Made by a program: the position numbers and the translations under genes | Origin: Rubripirellula sp. | Lineage (GTDB): Bacteria > Planctomycetota > Planctomycetia > Pirellulales > Pirellulaceae | Length of the DNA stretch: 64,000 bases | Direction: 5' to 3' | Assembly (NCBI GenBank): GCA_965216875.1 | Contig: OZ244207.1 | Span: forward strand, 3,424,001 to 3,488,000 | Notes under the pieces: model-generated | Told to the model about the DNA's origin: nothing | Database searches by the model: none | What the model saw: only the letters and a program-made list of their open reading frames with translations | In this document: positions 18,473 through 28,700 of the stretch, piece by piece | Layout of the letters: each line of letters opens with the position of its first letter | Numbering within the stretch: position 1 is the first letter of the stretch

Positions 18473-20158
18473 ATGATGTCCGATTTCGCTCGCCATTGTC
18501 TCGTTGTCATCGCGGCGATGGTGCTTGGCAACTCACTTGCCGCGTCATCCGCAAATGCCCAGCCGACAGCGCGACCCAATTTTGTCTTCGTGCTCACCGA
18601 CGACCAGTCCTACGGGATGATGGGATGCGATGGGAACGCGGTCACAAAAACACCGAACTTGGACCAACTCGCCAAGGACGGTGTCTTCTTTGATCGCGCG
18701 TACGTCACCAGCGCGATCTGCACGCCAAGTCGCATTTCAATCTTCCTCAGCCAGTACGAACGCAAACATGGCGTCAATTTCAACTCGGGCACGAGCGTCG
18801 CGCCACAGGCATGGGCCAAGTCGTATCCGGTGATCATGCGAGACGCTGGCTACTACACCGGTTACGTCGGCAAGAACCACGCTCCGATTGGCCCAGGCGG
18901 GTACGACAGCGGGTTGATGGACAAGTCGTTTGACTACTTCTACGCCGGCCATGGCCACATTTGGTTTTACCCCAAAGAAGCTCACGACATCTTCAAGGAC
19001 GCAAAAGACGACACTCAAATCGAAGTGGTCGGCGAAGGTGCGGAAGATTTCCTGTCAAACGAACATCGACTCAAACGGGCCCTTCACTTTCTTGACCGGC
19101 GCCCAACCGACAAGCCGTTCTGTTTAAGCATTTGCTTGAACCTGCCTCACGGTGCCGGCACCAGCCGCATGCAGATGCGTGAGGGCGACGATGAAATCTA
19201 CAAAACGCTTTACCGCGACATCGAGATCCCACTGCCCAAGCACTACATCGCGAAAGACGACATCAAACAACCGAAACTCCCGGCAGATGTCTTGAAGGTC
19301 GAGGAACGGCAAACGGGTTACAACTACGTCGACCAACCCGCGACACTCAAGGAACGAATGATTCGACAGATGCAGGCGATGACCGGCATCGATCGCATGA
19401 TTGGCAATCTGCGCAGCAAACTTCAAGACGAAGGGTTGGACAACAACACCGTCATTGTCTTCTGTTCCGACCACGGCCTCTTTATGGGGCAACATGGTCT
19501 TGGCGGCAAAGCGCTTTGCTACGAACAAACGACACACGTGCCGATGATCATTTTCGATCCACGCAAACCCGCCAACCAGCGTGGACGACGTTGCAAGCGA
19601 CTTGTCCAAACCATCGACATCGCCCCCACGTTGTTGGCACTGGCCGGGATCGAAGCACCGCGTGAATTCCAAGGCCGGTCGTTACTCGGCCTTCTCGAAG
19701 GGAGTGATGACGCGGTTCGCGAGTACCTGTTGACCGAGAACCTTTGGTCCACGCACTTTGGCAATCCGCGCATCGAATCGGTTCAAGACGAACGCTGGAA
19801 ATACATTCGCTACTACGAAAACAACAACTTCCCTGCGTCTGTCAAAGTCCGCGTCGCCAAAGAACTTGGTATCCCGGTCAACAAGATGCTCTATGGAGTC
19901 CACGATGGAGCAATCGCTGTCTATCGGCACTACGTCGAATCGTCGCTAGCGGGCGAAGAGCCGGTATTCGAAGAATTGTTTGACCTGCAAAACGATCCCG
20001 ACGAATCACACAACCTCGTCGACCAGCCGAATGTGGCTCGTGAACTCGTGCGACTGCGCGAAGCATGGAAGGCCAAATTGACCGTCGCCCGGGGAACGGG
20101 AAAACCGGCCGTATTGCGATGGACCGCCGACAGTCACGAAGGCTACCGTTCGCGGTAG
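18473..20158 (+). CDS. Secreted formylglycine-dependent (S1) sulfatase
   Basis: Signal peptide; RPNFVFVLTDD, CTPSR, YVGKNH, FCSDHG, IDIAPTLL, ELFDLQNDPDE. Confidence 0.93.
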   Translation: MMSDFARHCLVVIAAMVLGNSLAASSANAQPTARPNFVFVLTDDQSYGMMGCDGNAVTKTPNLDQLAKDGVFFDRAYVTSAICTPSRISIFLSQYERKHGVNFNSGTSVAPQAWAKSYPVIMRDAGYYTGYVGKNHAPIGPGGYDSGLMDKSFDYFYAGHGHIWFYPKEAHDIFKDAKDDTQIEVVGEGAEDFLSNEHRLKRALHFLDRRPTDKPFCLSICLNLPHGAGTSRMQMREGDDEIYKTLYRDIEIPLPKHYIAKDDIKQPKLPADVLKVEERQTGYNYVDQPATLKERMIRQMQAMTGIDRMIGNLRSKLQDEGLDNNTVIVFCSDHGLFMGQHGLGGKALCYEQTTHVPMIIFDPRKPANQRGRRCKRLVQTIDIAPTLLALAGIEAPREFQGRSLLGLLEGSDDAVREYLLTENLWSTHFGNPRIESVQDERWKYIRYYENNNFPASVKVRVAKELGIPVNKMLYGVHDGAIAVYRHYVESSLAGEEPVFEELFDLQNDPDESHNLVDQPNVARELVRLREAWKAKLTVARGTGKPAVLRWTADSHEGYRSR

Positions 20159-20186
20159 TGCGTCAGACTGCATTGCCCTTCCACAA

Positions 20187-20302
20187 AACACTCTCCCTTG
20201 GGAGAGTCGGGCTCTCAGGCCCGGAGAGGGTTTGTTACTTGCAGAGATCGTGCCCTCCCCGGACTTTAGCGTCCGACCCTCCCGAAAGCGGGAGGGTGAT
20301 TG
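20187..20302. repeat. ~115-bp REP doublet (direct repeat of 25163-25274)
   Basis: AACACTCTCCCTTGGGAGAGTCGG...CCCTCCCCGGACTTT..GCGTCCGACCCTCCCG..AGCGGGAGGGTGATTG. Confidence 0.85.
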
Positions 20303-20426
20303 TTTTTCACGCGGTTGACAATTTGCGGGATCAGATGGAAAATCGCCGCTGTTGAGAACAGTTCTCATCAAGAGCCAGCGCGGTCTACGCCCGTCTCTTC
20401 AATCGCCCACCAACCTGCCTTCCATA

Positions 20427-21383
20427 ATGCCCAAGCCCCTTTTGGTCGTCCTCGCGTTCGCTTTGCTCCCGTTTTTGGGGTGCAGAATTTCAAACCAGCC
20501 AGCCGCGGACGGTGGTGGTCCCAAGAAACTGGTCGCGACGACGGGGCACCTCTACGACGCATTGAAGGAAATCACCCAGGGAACGGCGGTCGAAATCAAA
20601 GTGCTTTGCGGGCCTGGGATCGACCCCCATTCGTACGCGGCCAGCCCAGGGGACGTCGCCGCGATGACTCAGGCGGACGCAATCTTCTTTAACGGCTTCC
20701 ACCTCGAGGCCAAACTCCATGATCTGTTGCACCACGAGTTTGCGGACAAGTCCTGGGAGATGGCCAGCGCTTTTCCCAAGGAAGCTCGGCTCGACTGGAT
20801 TGAAGACGATCAAATTGACCCTGAAGCCCCGTTTGACCCACACATCTGGAATCACCTGCCAGCGTGGGCGACTTGCGTGACGGCACTCGCCGAGCATTTG
20901 GCCGAGACCGACCCCGAAAACGCAGCAACCTATCGGACCAATGGCGAAGCCTATGTTGCAAAGATCAACGCGGTGCACGAGTCGGCATTGAAACGCTTTG
21001 AAGCGATCGAACAGGATCGCCGCGTTTTGGTCAGTGCCCACGACGCGTTCAACTACTTTGCCAAAGTTTATGGATTCAAGACGGTAGCGGTTTTGGGTGT
21101 TGGCAACGATGCTGAAGCCGACGTGAAAACGATGCGTGAGGTCGCGACGACCGTTTGTGATCAAAAGATCCCCGTGATCTTCATCGAGAATATCACCAAC
21201 CCAAAAGTGACCGAAGCGCTCCAAGAAGCCTGCCAGGCTCGCGACTGGTCTGTCAAAATCGCTGACCGCCCGCTCTATTCAGACGACCTGGGCAGCGAGC
21301 CGCCTCACGACACGTTCTTGGGTGCGTTTGAATCGAACGTCAACCTGATCGCTGAATCGCTCGGAAGTGCAACCGCACAGTAG
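20427..21383 (+). CDS. Mn/Zn/Fe ABC transporter substrate-binding lipoprotein (TroA/MntA-like)
   Basis: Lipobox LPFLGC; IDPHSY, NGFHLE, DPHIW, AHDAF, YSDDL metal-ligand motifs. Confidence 0.92.
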   Translation: MPKPLLVVLAFALLPFLGCRISNQPAADGGGPKKLVATTGHLYDALKEITQGTAVEIKVLCGPGIDPHSYAASPGDVAAMTQADAIFFNGFHLEAKLHDLLHHEFADKSWEMASAFPKEARLDWIEDDQIDPEAPFDPHIWNHLPAWATCVTALAEHLAETDPENAATYRTNGEAYVAKINAVHESALKRFEAIEQDRRVLVSAHDAFNYFAKVYGFKTVAVLGVGNDAEADVKTMREVATTVCDQKIPVIFIENITNPKVTEALQEACQARDWSVKIADRPLYSDDLGSEPPHDTFLGAFESNVNLIAESLGSATAQ

Positions 21384-21389
21384 GCTCGA

Positions 21390-22163
21390 ATGGACATTGC
21401 AATCGAAACGCAACAACTGACGGTTGCCTACGGTCCACAGCCAGCGATTTGGAATGTCGATATCAAGATCCCGTCGCTCGGGATGACCGGGATCATTGGC
21501 CCCAACGGTGCCGGCAAGAGCACCTTGCTCAAGGCGATCCTTGGCACCGTCCCACGCCTATCGGGCAAGGTCACTCTCAATCACAAGACCGAGTCGCGTG
21601 GTGCGGCGATTGGGTACGTGCCACAGCGAAACGCGGTCGACTGGGATTTCCCAACCACCGTCTTCGACTTGGTGTTGATGGGAACCTATGGACGCCTGCG
21701 TTGGTTCCAACGTCCGGGCCAGACCGAGAAAGAGCAAACCTGGGAAGCGCTGCGCCAAGTCAAGATGGAAGACTTTGCGGACCGCCAAATCGGTGAACTC
21801 TCGGGCGGCCAACAACAACGCGTCTTCTTGGCGCGAGCGTTTGTCCAACAAGCATCGATCTACTTGATGGATGAGCCGTTTGCCGGCGTCGATGCCAAGA
21901 CCGAAAACATGTTGATCGATATCTTGCATCAACTTCGTGATGATGGAAACACGATCGTTTTGGTGCATCACGATCTCACCACCGTCAGCGATTATTTCGA
22001 CCACGTCGTGTTGCTCAACCGACGTTTGGTCGCTTGCGGCGAAACGCCGACCACGTTCACGGCCGACAACATCGAATTGGCCTACGGCATTGCCGGACAA
22101 CGACTGCTCGATCGAACATCATCGGGCGGAAACGGACGCCCCAAACAGGACGGCGGGCCGTGA
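21390..22163 (+). CDS. Metal ABC transporter ATPase (TroB/MntB-like)
   Basis: GPNGAGKST, YVPQR, LSGGQQQR, LMDEP, VHHD. Confidence 0.95.
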   Translation: MDIAIETQQLTVAYGPQPAIWNVDIKIPSLGMTGIIGPNGAGKSTLLKAILGTVPRLSGKVTLNHKTESRGAAIGYVPQRNAVDWDFPTTVFDLVLMGTYGRLRWFQRPGQTEKEQTWEALRQVKMEDFADRQIGELSGGQQQRVFLARAFVQQASIYLMDEPFAGVDAKTENMLIDILHQLRDDGNTIVLVHHDLTTVSDYFDHVVLLNRRLVACGETPTTFTADNIELAYGIAGQRLLDRTSSGGNGRPKQDGGP

Positions 22164-23065
22164 TTGAATTGCTTAGCGACTACACCGTCCAGGTCGTTGT
22201 GTTGGGTAGCGCGATGGTGGGCGCCGTCTCCGGATCGCTGGGGTGCTTTGCCTATTTGCGCCGCCAAAGCCTAATCGGCGACGTTGTGGCCCATTCGTCT
22301 CTGCTCGGAATCGTCCTCGCCTTCTGGGCCGCATTCCTTCTCACTGGCGAAGGCAATAAGTCGCTTTGGGTGTTGATCCCCGGAGCGATCGCAGCGGGCA
22401 TCGCCTCGCTGCTGTTGACCAAAGCGATCACGCAGCAAACCCGGATCAAAGAAGACGCGGGACTCGGCGTGATGCTGGCCATCTTCTTTGGAACCGGCAT
22501 GATGGTGCTGCGTTGGCTGCAAAAGTCCCAACCGCCAATCCCTGGCCGCAGCGGGCTCGATGGCTACCTGTTCGGTATGGCCGCCACCATCACCAGCAGC
22601 GACCTGTGGATGATCGGCTCGCTCGGGATCGCCTCCACCGCCACCATGCTGCTGACCTGGACTCAGCTCAAAGCACTGACCTTTGACGCCGAATACGCCG
22701 CCGGACTTGGACTTCCCGTTCGGCGGCTTGAACTCTTGATGCTCAGTCTGTTGGTGGTTGGGATTGTGATCGGACTGCAAATTGCCGGTGTGGTCTTGAT
22801 GGTTTCACTGCTGGTCGCGCCTGCCGCCGCAGCCCGCCAATGGACGTCAAACCTTGGCAAGATGGTCCTACTCGCCGCGACGATCGGGTCGGTCTGTGCG
22901 GTCGCCGGTGCCTTGGTCAGCGCGACGGGAAACCATTTGCCAACCGGCCCGGTGATCGTCGTCTTGGTCACACTCGTGTTCGTGATCTCGATCCTGTTGG
23001 CACCCCACCGAGGATTGTTGGTTCGCAGAAGTCTGGTGGATCGGGAGCAGAGCGTTGTCGATTGA
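22160..23065 (+). CDS. Metal ABC transporter permease (TroC-like), GTG start overlapping upstream stop
   Basis: RRQSLIGDVVAHSSLLG, IKEDAGLG, YLFG, LTFDAEYA, PTGP. Confidence 0.92.
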   Translation: MIELLSDYTVQVVVLGSAMVGAVSGSLGCFAYLRRQSLIGDVVAHSSLLGIVLAFWAAFLLTGEGNKSLWVLIPGAIAAGIASLLLTKAITQQTRIKEDAGLGVMLAIFFGTGMMVLRWLQKSQPPIPGRSGLDGYLFGMAATITSSDLWMIGSLGIASTATMLLTWTQLKALTFDAEYAAGLGLPVRRLELLMLSLLVVGIVIGLQIAGVVLMVSLLVAPAAAARQWTSNLGKMVLLAATIGSVCAVAGALVSATGNHLPTGPVIVVLVTLVFVISILLAPHRGLLVRRSLVDREQSVVD

Positions 23066-24131
23066 ACTTTGGTGGACGCTTGCGATCGTCGCGGTGACAT
23101 CGATCACCTGTGCACTCTGTGGCAGCCTTTTGCTGGTCGGTCAAAAGTCGATGGTCAGTGAAGGGCTAAGTCACGCCGTGCTGCCCGGCTTGGTGCTCGC
23201 TTTCCTTTTGACGCGAGATTTCAATTCGCCGCTCTTGATCATTGCAGCCGCAGCCAGCGGCATGGTGATGGTTTGGTTGACGCAACTGGTTCAACGATCC
23301 GGTTTGGTCGATGACGACGCGGGGCTTGGGATTGTCTTCGCGGGGATGTTCGCGGTTGGCATTTTGTTTGTCAGTGCCAACTTGCGCAGCGCCCATTTTC
23401 ATGCCGACTGCATCATCGATGGCAACCTTGCACTTGCCGCGCTCGACCGACTCGAAATCGGCCAATACGACTTCGGGCCGCGTCCTTTGATTGTGATGTC
23501 GGTGATGCTGGCGATCGTGCTTGGCTTTATCTTGCTCGCCTACAAAGAAATCAAGATTGGCATCTTCGACCCCGTGCTGGCCAAACGCTTTGGTCTGCGC
23601 CCGCTGATGTTGCAATTCGTTTGGCTTGGAATCGTTTCGCTAACCACCGTCGCCGCATTTGACGTTGCCGGGTCCATCTTGATCGTGGCGTTGATGATCG
23701 CGCCACCGGCGGCCGCATACCTTTTGACGGACAGGCTCGGTTGGTTGATGGCCCTGGCCTCAGCGATCGCGATCATCGGCGCGAGCATTGGATTCGGTGT
23801 TGCCAACTGGATCGACATCGCGCCAACGGGACCGATTGCTTCGATGGTCGGCATTGTCTTTCTTTTTGTTTTTGCCTTTGCACCGCGCCGAGGCTTTCTG
23901 GCGATTTGGCTGGGACGCAAACGCCATCGACTGCGAACGGTCGAATTGCTTTCTCTCGAGTTCGTCGCGGCTGGCGGTCGAACGGGACTCGACACCCTTG
24001 CTTTGCCAAAGCGATCGATTGACAAAGCAATCACTCGCCTGAATGCGACGGGGATGATCGATACCGTCGGGGATGATCTCGCGATCACCCCAGCCGGGCA
24101 AAGGCACTTGCAAGAGTCGCTTCGATCCTAG
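23055..24131 (+). CDS. Metal ABC transporter permease (TroD-like) with C-terminal soluble extension
   Basis: EGLSHAVLPG, IFDPVLA, AFDVAGSILIVALMIAPPAAA; ~65-aa hydrophilic tail. Confidence 0.9.
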   Translation: MSIELWWTLAIVAVTSITCALCGSLLLVGQKSMVSEGLSHAVLPGLVLAFLLTRDFNSPLLIIAAAASGMVMVWLTQLVQRSGLVDDDAGLGIVFAGMFAVGILFVSANLRSAHFHADCIIDGNLALAALDRLEIGQYDFGPRPLIVMSVMLAIVLGFILLAYKEIKIGIFDPVLAKRFGLRPLMLQFVWLGIVSLTTVAAFDVAGSILIVALMIAPPAAAYLLTDRLGWLMALASAIAIIGASIGFGVANWIDIAPTGPIASMVGIVFLFVFAFAPRRGFLAIWLGRKRHRLRTVELLSLEFVAAGGRTGLDTLALPKRSIDKAITRLNATGMIDTVGDDLAITPAGQRHLQESLRS

Positions 24132-24154
24132 ATCAGACGTCGAACCGTCAACAG

Positions 24155-25048
24155 CTATTCTTCGGTCGAGTCAACTTCCAATGGGATCACTTTGGTGAGC
24201 CCGGTGATGTAAGGCGTCAGTTGCTGCACTGCGTCACGGCGAACAAACTCGTCCACGGCCCAAACTTGTTCATCCTGATGTTTCAGCTCAAGCTCTCGCC
24301 AAGTGAATCGAACCGGCTGGTAATGCCAGAGCGGCTCGCCATCAACTTCGATCGTTTCGATTCGCAGCAAAAGCTCGGGGTCGGTTCCCTTGTCCCAAAC
24401 AAATGCAAACAGTGCACCGTCATGGGTTTCTTTTGAATCGCTGTAACGAAACAGCGGAGCGGGCAGCAGCCTGAGCTGGTTGTTCTGACCATCTGAACGC
24501 ATCGACGATGCGAACCGCCGCGAAAGCGCCTTCATCTGAACCAAACGGCTGGTGGGGGATTTGGAAACGGGCGGCGCGTCGGGCAGCGGCCGCATCGATA
24601 GCTGGCTGACATCAGGCGACCACACCTTGCTCGGTCGCCCGATAATCTGCAACGGCGTGATCGGCTTGTCTTTCAACAGATGAAGTTCGATGAACTCATA
24701 GTCGGACTGTTGAATCGGAATCGAGCCAACCGTTCCAATGACAGCCAACCGCTTATCGGCGTCCTTCCAGACATAGACGCTGCCGAAGACTTTGCCTTCG
24801 GAGCTGAATCGAAACAACGGTGTCTCGTCCAATTCGAAGGGACGCTCCTCAGCAGTTTGGATCCGCAGGTCGGCCGCCGATTTGGCAAATTGCGCGTAAA
24901 GCTGGTCCGATCGGGACGGCTCGACGTCTGAGGGCTGACCTTCGGTCGAATTGCCCGTCGTGCCCGTTGTGGCTTGCCCCCAGACAGATGGAGCGACCGG
25001 GGCAACGGCCAACAAGATCGCAAAGAAAAAGAGGGATGCGGCTCCCAT
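24155..25048 (-). CDS. Secreted hypothetical protein (start 25048 or 25081)
   Basis: Signal peptide-like N-term; LRLLPAPLFRY...DGALFAFVWDKGTDPELLL motif typical of a planctomycete unknown family (from memory). Confidence 0.75.
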   Translation of the reverse strand: MGAASLFFFAILLAVAPVAPSVWGQATTGTTGNSTEGQPSDVEPSRSDQLYAQFAKSAADLRIQTAEERPFELDETPLFRFSSEGKVFGSVYVWKDADKRLAVIGTVGSIPIQQSDYEFIELHLLKDKPITPLQIIGRPSKVWSPDVSQLSMRPLPDAPPVSKSPTSRLVQMKALSRRFASSMRSDGQNNQLRLLPAPLFRYSDSKETHDGALFAFVWDKGTDPELLLRIETIEVDGEPLWHYQPVRFTWRELELKHQDEQVWAVDEFVRRDAVQQLTPYITGLTKVIPLEVDSTEE

Positions 25049-25162
25049 GGGGGGCTGAACCGACCAGTAGGCATTTTTCACGTGCTCGTCCTCTCGTTGG
25101 GGTCATGTTTTGCGCGCTCGACGCTATTGCCGCGGTGCCACCAGGCTTCGCAATTGCGCGTT

Positions 25163-25274
25163 AACACTCTCCCTTGGGAGAGTCGGACTCTAAGGCGCAG
25201 AGAGGGTTTGTTCTGTAACATTATTCCCTCCCCGGACTTTGCGTCCGACCCTCCCGCAAGCGGGAGGGTGATTG
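25163..25274. repeat. ~112-bp REP doublet (direct repeat of 20187-20302)
   Basis: Same arms as 20187-20302 with a different central spacer. Confidence 0.85.
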
Positions 25275-25353
25275 CGGGAGCACGGACCGAAACAGGGTGC
25301 ATGCCTGTCAAAATAGACGTTACGTCTAATGGCGTCAAACTTTCCGAGGCGTT

Positions 25354-25368
25354 TGGCACAGCAATCGC
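25354..25368 (+). promoter_or_regulatory. Candidate sigma-54 promoter upstream of the large VWA gene
   Basis: TGGCAC-AGCAA-TCGC matches TGGCAC-N5-TTGC spacing with one mismatch. Confidence 0.3.
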
Positions 25369-25719
25369 GTAAAGAAGCCTTCGGAGTTCAAAAAGGGTCG
25401 GTTGCCCCGATCGGATGTTGCAGGTTGCACCAATTGTTGCAATTTGCAACACCTTACAATCGGTATCGCGTCCCTGATGAGCTCCGGAAAGCCCGTTTTT
25501 TTCGTGGCGAATGCAAGGCACCGCGAATAGACTTTGAAGCTGAGTTCCGTGATTGTGCCAATTGTCAGGTTGGTCCAAGAGCAGAATTGGGTTCCTATTC
25601 GACCCGCTTTTCAACCCTCGAAATCGACGTCGGCAGGCAAATTGCCTGTCGGCACAGGTCCCGGTTCATCCGGGGAAACGCGGCAGAAACGCGTTATTTG
25701 TCACCGTGGAGATATACAG

Positions 25720-28700
25720 ATGGGATTGCGACACGTCGCACAAACCGCTCGCGCACTAGCTTTTCTCGCCGCAGCGACCCTCGGCTTGTCATCGGCCATT
25801 GCCAGTGATGGCGCGAATGTCCGAATCGCCACTTACCAGACCCCATCGGGCGACGCTTACTTTGCGGCGTCGATTCAACCATCGGCGGATCAGTCGTTGA
25901 TGGATGCAGCTCGATCGGCGCCTGCAGACGTGGTGATCTTGGTCGATACATCGGCCAGCCAATTGGGTGACTATCGCGATGATTCGCTGAAAGCATTGCA
26001 GGCGGTTGCCGGCAAGCTGCGAACCAACGATCGCGTTCGCCTGTACGCATGCGATGTCCGCGCAGTTGATTTGAGTGGTGATTTTGAATCGGCCAACTCG
26101 AGCGTGACGACGGCGGCAATTGAAAAGCTCGGCAAACGTCTTCCACTTGGAAACACAAACTTTGTCTCCGTGATCGACGCGGTTCGCGCCAGCTTGGTCG
26201 CTCGACCAGCCGCTCACGCTCGCTCGATCGTTTACATCGGCGACGGAGCGTCGTTTGACGCCATCGCCAACGAAGCTCGCTTTGAAGCACTGGTAAGTGC
26301 ATTGCGAGCCGACCGCATCTCAACACACTTCATCGCCATCGGCCCAAGCACGAATGTTGAGTTGATGGGCATTCTTGCCAATCACACCGGCGGCGTCATG
26401 GGCATCGTTGGCGAAGCTGACGACAGTGCTCCGGCAATGATCGGCCAACACGTCGGCCGCTCGGCAACGACTTCGCCATTGTGGTTGAAGCACGCCTCAC
26501 TGCTTGAAGGCATGGCGACGTCGCAAGGCAACCGTCTTCCACCACTACGTTTGGAACGCGACTCCATTTTGATTGGCAACTTGGGCGACGTTCGCGAAGG
26601 CTCGATCGAACTGCAAGCAGAAACGGTCGGCAGCAAGGTCCAACTGACCGCCGACGTGGTTTGCGAAGACAGCCATCCTGATTTCTCCTTCCTGCCTGGC
26701 TTGGTTGCCCGAACAGCCGACAACGGCGGTTTGATGCTGGCCACCGCGGGCTCGCCTTTGCTTCGCGAGACAGCACGTTTGATGGCGGCTCAAGCCGACG
26801 AGCTGGTTCGTGCAAGCAACATGGCTTTGCAACGTGGAGATCGCCGCGGTGCAAAAGCGATCGCCGACAAAGCCCTCGAATCCGACCCAGACAACACCGA
26901 CGCCAAGTCGCTCAAGAAAGTCATCAACAACGGCACGCGTTTGATCATCCAAAACGCTGACGAGTCACCATTTGGCGACGTTTTCGGCGGCGGAGCCGAC
27001 GCGGCTGTCGTTGAAGAAGCAGCTCCTGCGGCGGCACCCGTTGCTCAAGCAGCTGCCGCACCTCTGAGCGTGCCTGGCGATGACGACCTGCTGGAAACTG
27101 GCAGCGGCATCCTCGATTCGGTCGCCGAGCAGATCTCGGTAAGTGAAGGACGCTTGCGAGCCGAAGTGAAAGCGAAGCTTCGTGGTGCAAGTCGTCAAAT
27201 GCGAGTCGACCCAACCGGTTTGGCTGGCAGCTTGAAGAGCCTGCTTTCGGTCGTCGAAAACACGCCGGATGTGAGCCCCAAACTACGTCATGAACTTGCG
27301 GGCGAAGTCCGCTCGGCAATCGAAGTTGCGAGCCGCCGCGAAGCGGAGTTCTTTGAAGGTCAAAAACGACTTGAACAACAAGCCAACGCTGCTGGCACAG
27401 CCGCACGATTGCTCGAAGAAACCCTGCGACGCGAAGCAACGCTCAAGACGCTTTCCGAGCAGATGAATGCGTTGATCGATGAAGGCCGCTACGAGCAAGC
27501 TGATGGTGAAGTTTCACTTCCCTTCGCTCGCTTGGCTGGTGACACGATCACTCGCGACTCGATTTCGGGACGTCACTTCACTGACATGCCATTGGCACTT
27601 CAGGTCTATGACCGTGACCGCCGTTATCGCGAAATGCGTGAACGCAACTTTGTGGACGCCTTCTCGCTCGTGCTCAAAAGCAACATCCCCTTCGTCGATG
27701 ATCCACCGGTCATGTACCCCGAAGCGGAAGCTTGGCAACGCATGAGCCGTCGTCGCTTGAAGCGATACGGTGCCATCGAATTGGTCGGCAGCAGCGATGC
27801 CGAAGAAAACATCAATGCAGCCCTGGACGACGAAACGACTCAAACGTTCGTGGAGTTGCCACTCGAAGACGCGATCAACGCGCTGAGCGAAGCCCACGAA
27901 ATTCCAATCGTGGTTGACCGTCGTGCGTTGGACGAAATTGGCTTGTCAGCCGATCAACCGGTGAACCTTTCGCTCAAGAACGTGAGCCTGCGTTCCTTCT
28001 TGCGACTGATGCTGCGTGAACTCGACTTGACGTACATGATCAAAGACGAAGTCATGATGATCACGACGATCGATGAAGCCGAGCAAAACCTCATCAACAA
28101 AGTCTACCCCGTTGGTGACCTTGTCGTTCCTATTGTCCAACTCGGCGGCGGCGGCGGCATGGGTGGCGGCATGGGCGGCGGCATGGGTGGCGGCATGGGC
28201 GGCGGCGGTATGGGCGGCGGCATGGGTGGCATGGGCGGCGGCATGGGCGGCGGCGGCATGATGGGCGGCGGCGGTGCATTCGCTGTCCCAGACCAAGTCT
28301 CACTCAAAAGCAAAGTCCAAAAGTCCAAAGAGACTGGCCCCATCCGCTTGAAAGTTGCCGACGATGTCTCGGTTGCTGACGCTTGGAATGCCTACTTTGC
28401 AGAACTCAAGATCGAAGGTGCCGAAGAACTCGGATTGCTCGATCAACGCATTCGTTCAACCGTCCGCGAACAGTCCATCAAGGCTGCTTCGGCTCAAGCG
28501 GCTGGAAACATCGATCAATCGGTCGCACACTTCGCTCAATCACGCGACATCATCGCCGCGGCGATCGGCGCTGGACATGCTCAACCTTGGATGTACCAGG
28601 CTTACGCGATCGCCTTGAAGGCCACCGATGCTCCGATGGAAGACATCGAGCGAGCATTGCTTTCGGCAGTCGATTTTTCGGAGTCGCTTGAAGAAGTCCT

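Noticed and set aside
18059..25720. Integrase-type genomic island at the tRNA
   Set aside because: No integrase and no duplicated tRNA 3' end noticed
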